NCBI GenBank assembly: GCA_951406725.2
Contig: OX597821.1
Span: forward strand, 109,120,001 to 109,184,000
Direction: 5' to 3'
DNA from: Octopus vulgaris
Lineage: Eukaryota
DNA: 64,000 nucleotides
A model generated the notes under the pieces. That model was not told where the DNA came from and searched no databases. It saw only the letters and a list, made by a program, of their open reading frames with translations. How positions within the stretch are numbered: the first letter of the stretch is position 1; every line of letters begins with the position of its first letter. Of the stretch, positions 40,212 through 54,380 are shown one piece after another. The position numbers were made by a program, and so were the translations under genes.

Positions 40212-40425
40212 GGGGCGAGCTGGCAGAATCGTAAGCACGCTGGGCAAATTGTATAGTGGTATTTCGCCCCACCTTTATGTTCTGAGTTCAAATCCCGCCG
40301 AGGTCGACTTTGCCTTTCATCCGTTTCGGAGTCGATAAAATAAATACCAGTCAGAGAATGGGGTCAACTAAGCGACTTCTCCCTTCCCTCTGAATCGCTG
40401 GCCTTGTGCCAAAACCTGGAATAAA
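40212..40425 (+). mobile_element. SINE family 1 monomer
   Basis: GGCGAGCTGGCAGAATCG..GAGTTCAAATCCCGCCGAGGTCGAC. Confidence 0.85.
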
Positions 40426-40961
40426 TACTATTAATTGAATCGTAAATAATGAAGTAATGGACATATAGAGACAATAATTTCTGTAACTTACGAAAGAAGG
40501 AGATAGCATATGCTATTTGCTAATATGCTAGAAATAGCTGTTAAAACTCATCCAAATTACATATTTTTGTCTTGAAAAATAAGCGAAAATACGTCTGGTA
40601 ATGTTGTTTGATACATAATAACTGCAGCTCATAGAGAAATGGAGACAGATATTTTTGTGCATATATACCTAACTAAATTTATGTCCACATCTCTCTATGT
40701 ATGAATGTGAGTGCGTGCTGGTGTGCGTATGTATACGTATATGTAAATATGTATACATACATATATATATATATAGGTATGTATGTGTGTGTATATATAT
40801 ATATACACATACATACCTATATATATATGTATGTATACATACATATATATACATATATATATATATCTTTATATATATATATAAATGTATAAAATGCATG
40901 AGTATACACACACATATGGATATACTCTCTCTATATATATACATATAAACATGTGTGTGTG

Positions 40962-41000
<39 letters not shown>

Positions 41001-41004
41001 ATGT

Positions 41005-41777
41005 TTGTGTGTCTGTGTTTGTCCCCCCAACATCGCTTGACAACCGATGTGTTAACGTCCACGTAACTTAGCGGTTCGGCAAAAAGAGACCGATAGAATA
41101 AGTACTAGGCTTACGAAGAATAAGTCCTGGAGTTGATTTGCTCGACCAAAAGCGGTGCTCCAGCATGGCCGCAGTGTATGTGTGTGTGTGTGTGCGCGCG
41201 CGCGCGTGTGCATGTAGATATAGATATATAGGTGCAGGTTTGGCTGCGTGGTAAGAACCTAGCTTCCCAAACAAATGGTTCCGGGTTCAGCTCCACTGCG
41301 TGGCACCTTGACCATGTGTGTTCGACTACAACATTGGGCTAACCAAAGCCTAGTGAGTAAACGGAGACTGGAAGAAGCCCGCCGTATATGTGTGTGTGCG
41401 ATTTTTTGTGTGTGTGCATGTTTGTCTTTGTGTCTCTGTTTGTACCCCACGACGACCACCACTTGGCAACCGGTGTTGGTATGTTGGTGTGTTTACGTCC
41501 CCGCAACTTGGCGTTTCGGCAAAAGAGAGCGATAGAATAAGCACCAAGCTTAAAGAAAGAAAGAAAGAAAGAACGAAAGAAGAAAGAAGAAAGAAAGAAA
41601 GAAAGAACGAAAGAAAGAAAGAAAGAAGTCGTGAAGTCGATTTGTTCCACTAAAACGCTTCAAGGTGGTGACCCAGCATGACCGCAGTCAACTGACTGAA
41701 ACAAGTAAAAGATATATATAAACATATGCATGAGTGAATAGACACGCAGACACAAACAAATATACATGTGTTTCTAT

Positions 41778-41870
<93 letters not shown>

Positions 41871-42512
41871 ACGTGCATGTCTATGAAAGCTTGTTTGTAT
41901 GAAGCATGTAAGCTTCGAATTATATCTATTTCCATGCAAATAAGTTGAAAATATTTTGGAAAAGAATGTGACCCAACCTGCCAGTCAGGTGGTCGGTCAT
42001 ATTTGCAATTCACTCGATTTGTCATCCAGTTGCAAATACCATTGATTACGTATTCAGGTGCACATTAAATGCACAAATAAAAGAACAAGTCAAAAACCTA
42101 ACCTAATGTTTGTAATTAACACAATAATTAAAGCCTTCCCAGTTCGTTAAGAAGTCATTAAATTCACACGCAGTCAGGGCCTCTTATTGTTATTTTATTA
42201 TTTACATTTATTAAAGCGGCGAGCTGTCAGAATCGTTGACACGTCGGACAAAATGCTTAGCGGCATTTCGTCCGTTTTTACATTCTGAGTTCAAATTCCC
42301 CCAAGGTCGACTTTACTTTTCATCCTTCAGAGGTCGATAAAAGAAGTAACAGTTGAGTAGAGTGGCTGTGTAGTAAGTAGCTTGCTTAGCAACGTGGTTC
42401 CGGGTTCAGTCCCATTGCGTGGCAGCTTGGGCAAGTATCTTCTACTATAGCCTCCGGCTGACCAAAGCCTTGTAGGCGGATTTGGAAGACGGCAACTGAA
42501 AGAAGCCCGTCG

Positions 42513-42559
<47 letters not shown>

Positions 42560-42750
42560 TTGTGTGCATCTGTGTGTCTGTGTGCACGTATGTATGTGTG
42601 AGTATATGTTGGTGTGTCTGTGTTTATCTGCCCAATAACGCTTAACAACCAATGTTGGTGTGTTTACGTTCCCGTAACTTAGTGGTTCGGCAAAAGAACC
42701 GATAGAATAGGTACAAGACTTACAAATAATAAGTCTTGGGGTCGATTTAC
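41005..42750 (+). mobile_element. SINE cluster: family 2 at 41005-41175, 41230-41712 and 42360-42750; family 1 at 42215-42355
   Basis: Consensus motifs. The 41230 copy has a (GAAA)n expansion in its tail. Confidence 0.8.
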
Positions 42751-42825
42751 TCAGAAAGTAAAGACCCGGAAAAAATACTGCTTAAAATTTTTCCCCAGAG
42801 TGCTAACGATTCTACCAGCTCAACG

Positions 42826-42933
<108 letters not shown>

Positions 42934-42934
42934 C

Positions 42935-43458
42935 ATGGCTTCTGATCTTAACTGATTGGAAGTGTTATCATGTACATTGTTTTGTCTTGCTATAAAAGAT
43001 GGGCTACAGCAAATATTCTGCTCAATACCACAGATTTGCTTGTCAGGTGTTTGACCTTAACCAGTTGAACATGTCCCTTAGTGGCTGACGATATGTGCAT
43101 CTCTGATCACGAGCAGAAGTAGTGGGGGAGCATCATAGCCATGTGTTGAGAAGGATTCTTTGGGGTTTGAATAATTCACCTCTGGAAACATGGGTGGTTC
43201 GTTCAACGTCCTTAAACAACCCTTATTCAGGGACCTTTTGAGCGGGATGGGTTACTCGATCTGAAGAAAATTCTAACTGGGCCCCACCTGCAAGGTCATG
43301 TGCTGTTTATCTTGATATGAGATCACCATGTCGCGCACATATGGTTGTGATGCATGTGCCTGGTGTACCCTTATCAGACGGGTAGTCATGATGGGTATAC
43401 TGGGCTTCGTATATTTTACCCCAGTGTCACTTTGATGGCATGCTCTACTCGCTCACTC

Positions 43459-43459
<1 letters not shown>
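42935..43459 (+). mobile_element. TAA-associated non-coding repeat (~560-bp family), 5'-truncated copy
   Basis: Highly similar to 45605-46135, flanked by (AAT)n on both sides. Confidence 0.85.
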
Positions 43460-43499
<40 letters not shown>

Positions 43500-43502
<3 letters not shown>

Positions 43503-43970
43503 CTGTCCCAATCGATATAAATGTATCTGTCAAGACCTACCAAAAACTGAGCAAATATAAAGATTTTGAAATAGAAATCAGCAAAATGTGGAAGCTGAAG
43601 ACTAAAACAATACCTGTTGTCATAGGTGCCCTGGAAATGATAGCGAAAGGGACTGATTGCTACCTAACTCAGATACCACGACACCCCAAAATGGCAGAAA
43701 TTCAAAAGATAGTGCTCATGGGAACTGCTCATATCCTACACAAAATACTCTCTATGTAATCCCAAGGTTTAAAACAAACTTTTTTTTATTTTTATTTGTT
43801 TATTTATTTTTTAATTTTTTTTTATGTATTAGACATTCACTAGTACAACACTAAAAAAAACAAAAAAAAACCCAAATATATGGCACAGAACTTCCAACCT
43901 GTTGTCTCTTGAGGTCTCTGGGTGAGACTCGGAGCCAACTTGTACAGACATAAAGCAAAAGTCAAACATA

Positions 43971-43972
<2 letters not shown>
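43500..43972 (+). mobile_element. R4/Dong-like LINE 3' end (restriction-like endonuclease C-terminus plus UTR)
   Basis: MTVPIDINVSVKTYQKLSKYKDFEIEISKMWKLKTKTIPVVIGALEM..IQKIVLMGTAHIL, flanked by (TAA)n. Confidence 0.88.
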
Positions 43973-44060
<88 letters not shown>

Positions 44061-44082
44061 TGATGATGATGATGATGATGAT

Positions 44083-44159
<77 letters not shown>

Positions 44160-44187
44160 TAATAATAATAATAATAGTAATGATAAT

Positions 44188-44635
44188 GCAAAGATCTTAT
44201 GGGACTTTGTGATTCAGTACGACCATGTGATAGAGAACAAGAAATCAGACATTGAGAAAGATAACAAACTATGCTGGATCATAGATATAGCATGTCCAGC
44301 TAACAACAAGGTATGCAATAAGGAAGAAAGAAATGTCGAGAGATATGACAGATTAGTTTGGGAGGTTAAGCAGTTGTGGTCGGGGGAAAAAGGTGGTAGT
44401 AGTACCAACAACTATCAGAGCACTGACAACAGTAAATAAAATCTTGAGAAGTCGATGAAACAAATAGAGGCAGCAATAAGGGTGGCGGCGCACCTGCAGA
44501 AAACAGCACTGCTTGGAACCGCTCGAATACTCCGGATGGTGCTCCAAAAATAAGAGATGTTACCTTAGTTCACTGGTAGTGAACAGCTGGCGCTGTAGTA
44601 CATCTCCAGTGTTAGAAGCTGTGCAAAGGCAATGA
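44188..44635 (+). mobile_element. R4/Dong-like LINE 3' end, different subfamily
   Basis: KILWDFVIQYDHVIENKKSDI..CWIIDIACPANNKV..KE..ERY..LVWEVKQLW, then LQKTALLGTARILRMVL; TAA flanks. Confidence 0.85.
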
Positions 44636-44702
44636 AAATAATAATAATAATAATGAAAATAAAATAATAATGATAATAATAATAATGATAATAATTATGA
44701 TA

Positions 44703-44745
<43 letters not shown>

Positions 44746-45474
44746 CATTTATTTGCCACAAGGACGATTGATGAGGGGGACAATACCGAGACTGACATAA
44801 ACTAATGAGAAGGAGGAGGAGGAGGAGGAGGAGGAGAGGGAGAACAACGAGGACTACGAGGAGAAGAAGATTTATAGATGACGAGAGAGAAAAAAATGCA
44901 AATAAAATTTAGCATGACTGTGTATAAATATGTTTTATGTTTTATGTTTTTAAAGCATGCGCATAAAGAATTTTAGTTTCACTTTCAAATTGACCACCTG
45001 CAGCTTGCTAACCTGAGAGGAGGAGGGCAAAGAGCCGGTAGCTGTAGATAGAATAGTTCGCACGCAAAATGAACAAGAACAACAACGTCGACAACAGCAT
45101 CAACAACAATAGGTACAGAAGCCAAATGCCATTCAGAACTGCACCATATTGTGATGTAATTGGGACATCACGAAGAGAAAAACGCGGTGAACGGGAGGAG
45201 TTGATGAGAGATTCTTGTCGAAATGAATAGGGTGTAAGAAAAAAAAATAGCATCCTTGGTTCCTTCAAAACAACACTTTTTTGTTGTTACTGAAATGAAA
45301 TATTATGATGTCGTCTCTATCAAATGCATTCCCTAATTTCTCCGACATCATCCACTTCACCTATATCGAAATTTTAACAAATTAATGATGATGATCATGA
45401 TTTCTTTATTATCTACTAATGGTTCACAAACAGATCGAGGACAGTACAAGACGATATAATACGAGATAATAATA

Positions 45475-45558
<84 letters not shown>

Positions 45559-45574
45559 GTAATAATAATAATAA

Positions 45575-46135
45575 CTGCCCTGATGCAGTACCAGGCAGTA
45601 ACTCTCGTGGCTCCTGATCTTAACTGATTGGAGGTGTTATCATGTGCATTGTTTTGTCTTGGTATAAAAGATGGGCTACAGTAAATATTCTGCTCAATAC
45701 CATAGATTTGCTTGTCAGTCGTTTGACCTTAACCAGTTGAGCATGTCCCTTAGTGGCTGGCGATATGTGCATCTCTGATCACGAGCAGAAGTAGTGGGGG
45801 AGCATCATAGCCATTTGTTGAGAAGGATTCTTTGGGGTTTGAATAATTCACCTCTGGAAACATGGGTGGTTCGTTCAACATTCTTAAACAACCCTTATTC
45901 AGGGATTTTTTAAGCGGGATGGGTTGCTCGACCAGAAGAAAATTCTAACTGGGCCCCACCTGCAAGGTCATGTGCTGTTTATCTTGATATGAGATCACCA
46001 TGTTGCACACATATGGTTGTGATGCATGTGCCTAGTGTACCCTTATCAGACGGGTAGTCATGATGGGTATACTGGGCTTCGTATATTTTATCTCAGTGTC
46101 ACTTTGATGGCATGCACTTTGATGGCATCTCACTC

Positions 46136-46136
<1 letters not shown>
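45575..46136 (+). mobile_element. Longest copy of the ~560-bp TAA-associated non-coding repeat
   Basis: Starts CTGCCCTGATGCAGTACCAGG and ends CTCACTCAATAATAA; homologs at 27572, 42935 and 46485. Confidence 0.85.
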
Positions 46137-46196
<60 letters not shown>

Positions 46197-46506
46197 TCTT
46201 TATTAACCACAGGGGTTTACGTTAAGAAAAACATTATAGACAGTAGAGAACAAAACAAAAAATGTGTGTGTGTGTGTCTTTGTTTTTGTGTGTGTGTGTA
46301 CATGTGTGTGTGTGTTTTCATGTAAACGAGACTAACAAAATTTTAAAAGTCAACAATGTGTGAGCCTCAATAATAATAATAATGTATTTCTACTAAAAAC
46401 ACAAGGTCTGAAATTTTATGGTGGGGTCTACTTATTTCCTAGATCACGAAACGATGAATAGCAAAGTCTACCTCGTGATAATAGTGCACTGGTGCAGTAC
46501 TGGGTA

Positions 46507-47335
46507 GTAACTTCTGTATCTTCTGATAATGACTAATTTGAAGTGTATAAAAAATGGACCACATCAAATATTCTCTTTATTTAATACTACAGATTTTCTG
46601 GCCAGTTGCTTGACCTTCGGTAGTTGAGCATGTCTTTTAGTGAACCAGATATTGCTTTGAAAAACCAAAAGAATAAAGTCTGTTTATTGATTGACATGAG
46701 CGTACCTTGCGACCATAATATCACGGCAAAAGAATTTGCAAAACTCAGAACATATAAAGAATTGCTAATCGAAATCGAAAATATGTGGTGTCTCAAAACG
46801 GTTACAATACCAGTGATTGAAGGAGCACTTGGAATTATCAAGAAAGGAACGGAAAATTATTTAAGAATGATCCCCGGCTTACCATCCATACAGGAAGTGC
46901 AAAAGATTGTAGTAACTGGCACGTAACTTCTGTATCTTCTGATAATGACTAATTTGAAGTGTATAAAAAATGGACCACATCAAATATTCTCTTTAATACT
47001 ACAGATTTTCTGGCCAGTTGCTTGGCCTTCGGTAGTTGAGCATGTCCCTTAGTGAACCAGATATTGCTTTGAAAAACCAAAAGAATAAAGTCTGTTTATT
47101 GATTGACATGAGCGTACCTTGCGACCATAATATCACGGCAAAAGAATTTGCAAAGCTCAGAAAATATAAAGAATTGCTAATCGAAATCGAAAATATGTGG
47201 TGTCTCAAAACGGTTACAATACCAGTGATTGAAGGAGCACTTGGAATGATCAAGAAAGGAACGGAAAATTATTCAAGAATGATCCCCGGCTTACCATCCA
47301 TACAGGAAGTGCAAAAGATTGTAGTAACTGGTACG
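46507..47335 (+). repeat. Recent ~415-bp direct tandem duplication of a chimeric repeat/Dong fragment
   Basis: Units start GTAACTTCTGTATC at 46507 and 46923. ORFs 46624-46926 and 47036-47338 are near-identical. Confidence 0.92.
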
Positions 47336-47585
47336 TGACACGTATTGAGAAGAGCATCGTCGCTGTAAATTTTTCCTCCCTTTATTTTCTTTGTTTACTT
47401 TTTATTTTTATGATTTCCTTTTTCTGTCTGTCTTCCTCCTTTTCCCTATCACACGACTTTGTAATTGAACAATCTGGTGTGTTTGTTTTAATGGCCTGCC
47501 AAAATATATGATACTTTTCTCTGCCCTAGGTGTCAAGAGGACCCTCGGCAAGAATTGGAAGCAGAATTGAAAGAAGATGCTAATG
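47050..47585 (+). mobile_element. R4/Dong-like LINE 3' end with PD..D endonuclease motif
   Basis: PDIALKNQKNKVCLLIDMSVPCDHNITAKEFAKLRKYKELLIEIENMW..TIPVIEGALG..VQKIVVTGT, then 3' UTR and (AAT/GAT)n. Confidence 0.88.
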
Positions 47586-47774
47586 AAAATAATAATAATA
47601 ATAATAATAATAATGATGATGATGATGATAATGATGATAATAATAATGATAATAATAATGATAATAATAATAATAATGATGATGATGATGATGATAATGA
47701 CAATAATAATGATAATAATAATGATAATAATAATAATAATGATGATGATGATGATAATAATAATAATAATAATA

Positions 47775-47815
<41 letters not shown>

Positions 47816-47830
47816 AATAATAATGATAAC

Positions 47831-47863
<33 letters not shown>

Positions 47864-47924
47864 CGAACACCATCAACTCAACTGTTACACAATCAGTCCT
47901 GATCCATTGCATCCGCCATATTGA

Positions 47925-49722
47925 ACTAACATTACTACCACTAACACATCCACAACCACCACCACTACCATCACCATCACGACCTGCACCATCACCACCA
48001 CCACCATCATTATCACAATCACCTCAACTACGACCACATCCACAAACACCACCACCACTACCACCACCATCATCACCACCACCACCACCACCACCACCAC
48101 TGCTATCACAATCACCTCAACTACGACCACATCCACAAACACCACCACCACTACCACCACCATCATCACCACCACCACCACCACCACCACCACTGCTATC
48201 ACAATCACCTCAACTACGACCACATCCACAAACACCACCACCAATACCATCACCATCACCACCACCACCACCACTATTATCACACTCACCTCAACTACGA
48301 CCACATCCACAACCACCACCACAACCATCACCACCACCACCACCACCACCACCACCATTATCACAATTACCTCAACTACGACCACATCCACAACCACCAC
48401 CACCACTACCACCACCATCATCACCACCACCACCACCACCACCACCACCACTGCTATCACAATCACCTCAACTACGACCACATCCACAACCACCACCACA
48501 ACCATCACCACCACCACCACCACCACCACCACCATTATCACAATTACCTCAACTACGACCACATCCACAACCACCACCACCACTACCACCACCATCATCA
48601 CCACCACCACCACCACCACTGCTATCACAATCACCTCAACTACGACCACATCCACAACCACCAACACCAATACCATCACCATCACCACCACCACCACCAC
48701 TATTATCACACTCACCTCAACTACGACCACATCCACAACCACCACCACAACCATCACCACCACCACCACCACCACCACCACTGCTATCACAATCACCTCA
48801 ACTACGACCACATCCACAACCACCACCACCACCATCACCACCATCACCACCACCACCACCACCATTATCACAATCACCTCAACTACGACCACATCCACAA
48901 CCACCACCACAACCATCACCACCACCACCACCACCACCACCACCACCACTGCTATCACAATCACCTCAACTACGACCACATCCACAACCACCACCACCAC
49001 TACCACCACCATCATCACCACCACCACCACCACCACCACCACTGCTATCACAATCACCTCAACTACGACCACATCCACAACCACCACCACCAATACCATC
49101 ACCATCACCACCACCACCACCACTATTATCACACTCACCTCAACTACGACCACATCCACAACCACCACCACCAATACCATCACCATCACCACCACCACCA
49201 CTATCACAATCACCTCAACTACGACCACATCCACAACCACCACCACCACTACCACCACCATCATCACCACCACCACCACCACCACCACCACCATTATCAC
49301 ACTCACCTCAACTACGACCACACCCACAACCACCACCATCACCACTACTACCACCATTACCACTACCACCACAACCATCACCACCACCATCACAATCAGC
49401 ACCATCACCACCACCACCACCACCATTATCACAATCACCTCAACTACGACCACATCCACCACCACCACCATCAACACTACTACCACCATTACCACTACCA
49501 CCACCATTACCACTACCACTACCACCACCACCACCACCACCACTACCAGCGCCACCATTACCACTGACACCACTGCCGCCACCACCACCACCACCATCAC
49601 CACTACTACCACCATTACCACCACCACCACCACCATCACCACTACTACAACCATTACCACTACCACTATCACCACCACCACCACCACCACTACCAGCGCC
49701 ACCATCACCACCACCACCACCC
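47925..49722. repeat. Minisatellite: >20 units of ATCACAATCACCTCAACTACGACCACATCCACA plus variable (ACC)n
   Basis: The constant ~33-bp core recurs every ~60-75 bp. Confidence 0.93.
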
Positions 49723-49970
49723 TTAACACGGTGACCAGCTCTCTCCTTACAGATCCACCTGTGCTGCACGTGTGTTTCATTTGAAACAAAGAAATCACAG
49801 TTTCTGTTGTGGTTTTTTTTTATTTTATTTTCTTCTGTTTTATTATTATTATTCTTTTTTTTATTTTGGTTAGAGGGAAACGGAAAAAGACGCAGGATGT
49901 CATGTTGACTGTGTGTGTGCGACGGACAAACAGCAACGGTAACAACAACAACAACAACATTAGCAGCAGC

Positions 49971-50019
<49 letters not shown>

Positions 50020-50329
50020 CCCAAAAAAAGCAACACCAACAACAACAACAACAATGGCTGCTCAGCAGTTGCACGAGCAGCAACAGTTACAGCTGTGTAG
50101 CAGCCCCCCCCCCCCTCCAGCGATGCTGCACCATCCCTTCCTCGTCCCCTCTGTGTAGTCATCACTAGCTTTGATATCAGCAACCGCAGCAGCAGCAGTA
50201 GCAGCAGCAGCAGGAGCAGCAGCTGGGGCAGGGACAGTGGTAGCAGCAGGGGAGGGGGGGGGGCAATAACGGAGTCACTGTCGTCAGCATCATCGTCGCC
50301 GTCGTGGTTTTCCTCATCGTTATTATTAT

Positions 50330-50477
50330 TATTATCTTTGTCGTTGTCATCGACATCATCATCATTATCATCATCATCAGCAGCAGCAGCATTATAATCA
50401 TCATCATTATCATCATCAGCAGCAGCAGCAGCAGCATTATAATCATCATCTTTATCCTTGTCATCATCATCGTTATT

Positions 50478-50532
<55 letters not shown>

Positions 50533-50533
50533 A

Positions 50534-50578
<45 letters not shown>

Positions 50579-50762
50579 TATAATCATCATCTTTATCCTT
50601 GTCGCCATCATCATCATCATCATTAACCTTGTCGTCCTCATCATCGTTATCATCGTCATCATTATCATCATCGTAGTCGTCGTCGTCGTCATCATTATCA
50701 TTATCATCACCAACATTATCATCATCATCATTATCATCTTCATCCTCACACTACCATCATTA
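50330..50762. repeat. (CAT)n compound microsatellite
   Basis: Directly visible. Confidence 0.95.
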
Positions 50763-50764
50763 TC

Positions 50765-51441
50765 GTGAACTTTTTAAAAACGGTCATAACGAGTGATGAA
50801 TTGGGGGTCGATGGCTATGATTACCAAAACAAAAGCTCAGTCTTCGCAGTGGAATAACCCCCTTCCTCCCCAGCCTCTCCCAGACCGAAGAATGTGAAGA
50901 CACTGTTGACCGCATTCTTTGAATAAGAGGGGACTGTTCATCGTGGATATATTCCACCTCATTGGACAGTAAACAAGGAGTGCAACCGCGACGTTTGCGG
51001 CGTTTGCGGCATGCTATTCGCCGGAAAAGGACACGATTGCATGCGTCCGGTGAGTGGTAATGTCACCATGACAACGCACCTGCCCATTCAGCGCAGCTTG
51101 CGCGACAGCTTTTGGTTATGTACAGCATTCCCCGGGTCTGACAGCCACCGTATTCCCCAGATCTCGCTCCTTGCGACTTTTTCCTCTTTCCAAAACTCAA
51201 ATCCCGCTCGAAAGAAATAAGATTTCAGAACGTCGAAGAAATCAACGTGGATGTAACGAGGGAGTTGCGGATTATCTCAGAAAACGAGTTCCAACAATGC
51301 TTCCATCAATGGAAACAGTGCTGGATACAGTGTGTGGCTTCCGGAGAGGGCTACTTTGAAGGATATTAAATGCCAAATTCGTACGTGTTGTAGTTTTGTC
51401 TTTATAGCAGCAGTCCGGGTACGTATTGGTCAGACCTCGTA
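50765..51441 (+). mobile_element. Decayed mariner (DD34D) transposase catalytic half plus 3' TIR
   Basis: NFLKTVITSDE..KAQSSQW..VKTLLTAFF..TVNKE..RRLRHAIRRKR..HHDNAPAHSA..PPYSPDLAPCDFFLFPKLK..YFEG*, ending GGTCAGACCTCG|TA. Confidence 0.9.
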
Positions 51442-51919
51442 TACGTCACTAAAGTGATTGAAGGCACTAATCAGGACCAGTATTGCTAGAAATAAGAGTT
51501 AAGACAAATCATAACCAAAAGAAGCACCTTATCTTAATGACTGGCAAGGGAGGCAATTCCCTCAACGGCAAGGCGTAGCCAGATCACAGTGATTGCGCGT
51601 TTGTATTAATGCTCTCACCAAGCGCCGAGGGTTACACTCATCTCGCCTTGTCTGTTTATAAGATTATAGTAGACATCATACGGTAAGTTTCTAAACGGTA
51701 AAAGTGAAAATTATAAATAATAATGGTGGCTTGTTACTGGAGATTCTACTAGAGTAGATGCAAGTGCTGATATATGATATATAAAAACATGAGACATATT
51801 AATAAAAATCTGTAAATGTACAACCATCCAGATTTCTGAGTACGTTATTTTTTCTAATGTATAATACCTGTACATCACCTCCAAACCTTCTAATATATAC
51901 ATATACATACATACATATT

Positions 51920-51984
<65 letters not shown>

Positions 51985-52129
51985 ATATATACATAGGTAC
52001 ACATATATATATATGTATATATGTATGCGTATATATATATATATATATGTATATACATATATATATGTATGCGTATATATATATATGTATATACATATAT
52101 ATGTATTCAGATAGACATACATATTCATT

Positions 52130-52331
52130 TATTCTTTTATTTGTTTAAGTCGTTTGACTGCGGCCATGCTGGAGCACCGCCTTTAGTCGAGCAAATCGAC
52201 CCCAGGACTTATTCTTTGTAAGCTTAGTACTTATTCTATCGGTCTCTCTCGCCGAACAGCTAAGTGACGGGGAACACCAGCATCGGTTGTCAAGCGATGT
52301 TGGGGGAACAAACACAGACACATAAACATAT

Positions 52332-52386
<55 letters not shown>

Positions 52387-52562
52387 ATATATACATACAC
52401 GACGGGCTTCTTTCAGTTTCCGTTCACCAAATCCACTCACAAGGCTTTGGTCGGCCCGAGGCTATAGTAGAAGACACTTGCCCAAGGTGCCACGAAGTGG
52501 GACTGAACCTGGAACCATGTGGTTGGTAAGCAAGCTACTTACCACACAGCCACTCCTGTGCC
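52130..52562 (-). mobile_element. Full-length SINE family 2
   Basis: Complete consensus with an internal (TA)n. Confidence 0.92.
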
Positions 52563-52888
52563 TATGTATATGTATGTATGGCTATATACTTCTGTGTGTC
52601 TATAGATGCACAGGCGCAGTTGGACCCTCCCATATACACTCATCTGTTCCATTAACATTTGAAAAGCTCTGATTAAGCATGCACGCGCAATTAACATATG
52701 ACATGTATATCTGGGCCAGCTGCAGCTGTCGTTGTTTGAACGTCGATGCTGTTGCTATTGACAACGAAAGCCAAAACCACCACAGCACCATCCAGCAGGA
52801 TGATGGAGAGGATGACGATGGCGACGGTTCCGATCCCACTGCATCGATGAAGTTTGTGATGATATGTTGATGATATTGATGATGATGG

Positions 52889-52936
<48 letters not shown>

Positions 52937-53285
52937 CGACGACGACGACGACAATGACGATGATGACGATGATGATGATGATGACGATGACGACTACAAC
53001 GATGATGACTATGGACTATGACGATGATGATGATGATGATGATGAAGATGATGATTGTTATGGTGGTAGAGGTGGTGGTGGTGACGAACGTAATAATGAG
53101 GGTGATGATGATGATAGCAGCGGTGATAGAGAAAGGGACCGATGCAATAAGTACCAGACTTTAAAGATACTGGGGTCGATACATTCGACTCAAAAGTCTT
53201 CAGGGCGATACTCCAGCATGTCTGCAGTCTAATGACTGAAACAAGTAAAAAAAATAAGAGATACATGTATGTATATTCATACATA

Positions 53286-53560
53286 CAGTAATTCCTCGCC
53301 ATATCACGGTTCACCTATCGCACACTCAGTACATCGCGGATTTTTCTGACTAATATATGTAAATTTATATCGGGGACTCCTCAGTATACCGCGGGTTTCT
53401 GCGACCGATAGGTATTTATATTTCTTAAGATTTTATTTACTTCTGTGGTAAAATAAGCATTTTCCCGCCTAAAAATCAATAAATTAATACAATGCAGTAC
53501 GGTACTGCACTGTATAACACATTAATTAAAATATATTAAAAGAAAATACGTAGAATACCG
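53286..53560 (+). mobile_element. Tigger/pogo-like non-autonomous element end
   Basis: TA|CAGTAATTCCTCGCCATATCACGGTTCACCTATCG..; the homolog lies inverted at 61430-61709. Confidence 0.7.
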
Positions 53561-53589
53561 TGAATGAGTAATCAAAGAATAGCACATAC

Positions 53590-54380
53590 TTCATGGAAAA
53601 CGAAACTTTTAGATAGGGACCGTCGGACTCTCGCGCGAATTGTTAGAAAGGATCACAAAAGTATAGCTCTCAAAATTACTGTAGAGTTAAATAACCACCC
53701 CGAGAACCCAATTTCCACAAAAAACTATTCTCCTTGGGAGCTGTACAAAGCCGAATTTCACGGGAGGGCTGCAATTAGAAAACGACTACTTTCAAAAACA
53801 AACGTTGCAAAGCATTTAGAGTGGAGTAAAAATCTACACAATTGGTCCCTAGAGCAGTAGAAGAATGTTATTTTCTCTGACGAGTCATCCATTACCTTAT
53901 TTCCGACCACCGGCCGAGTATACGTGTGGAGACAGCCAAAAGAAGTATTTGATCCAGACAACATTCTTCCAACAGTTAAACATGGAGTAGGATCTGTGAT
54001 GATCTGGGGAGCTATATCTTGAAAATCCACCGGCCCAATGCTTTCCCTTCCTAGCAGAATTAATAGTCAAGAGTATTTAAGTATTTTATCAGATCATATT
54101 CATCCTATGGTTAAGGAACTGTTTCTGGAGGGAAACGCAATCTTTCAGGATGATAGAGCACCAATTCACTCAGTTAAAGTTGTTACTGAATGGCACAAGG
54201 AGCAGTCTAGTGAAGTTGAACATCTTATCAAGCCACCTCAGTCCCGAGATCTCAATATTATTGAACATTTATGGTGCATTTTAGAAAAACAAGTAAGGAG
54301 TTGATATCCTCCACTATCATCACTGCAAGAACTGGAGATTGTTTTAGCTGAAGAATGGACAAAAATTCCTTTGGAAACAT
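53590..54380 (+). pseudogene. Tc1-family (DD34E) transposase remnant
   Basis: RDRRTLARIVRKD..AAIRKRLL..VIFSDES..PTVKHGVGSVMIWGAI..IFQDDRAPIH..PPQSRDLNIIEHLW, with stops and frameshifts. Confidence 0.92.

Noticed and set aside
41955-42090. Possible minus-strand exon (CAPEYVINGICNWMTNRVNCKYDRPPDWQ)
   Set aside because: There is an in-frame stop upstream with no AG acceptor in between, and the donor is weak.
47925-49722. CRISPR-like array (constant ~33-bp core with variable spacers)
   Set aside because: The spacers are (ACC)n length variants rather than unique sequences, the context is eukaryotic and there are no cas genes.
50880-51060. GC-rich island with a perfect-looking donor CG|GTGAGT, initially taken for a host exon
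   Set aside because: It translates as mariner transposase (HHDNAPAH, YSPDLAPCDF).
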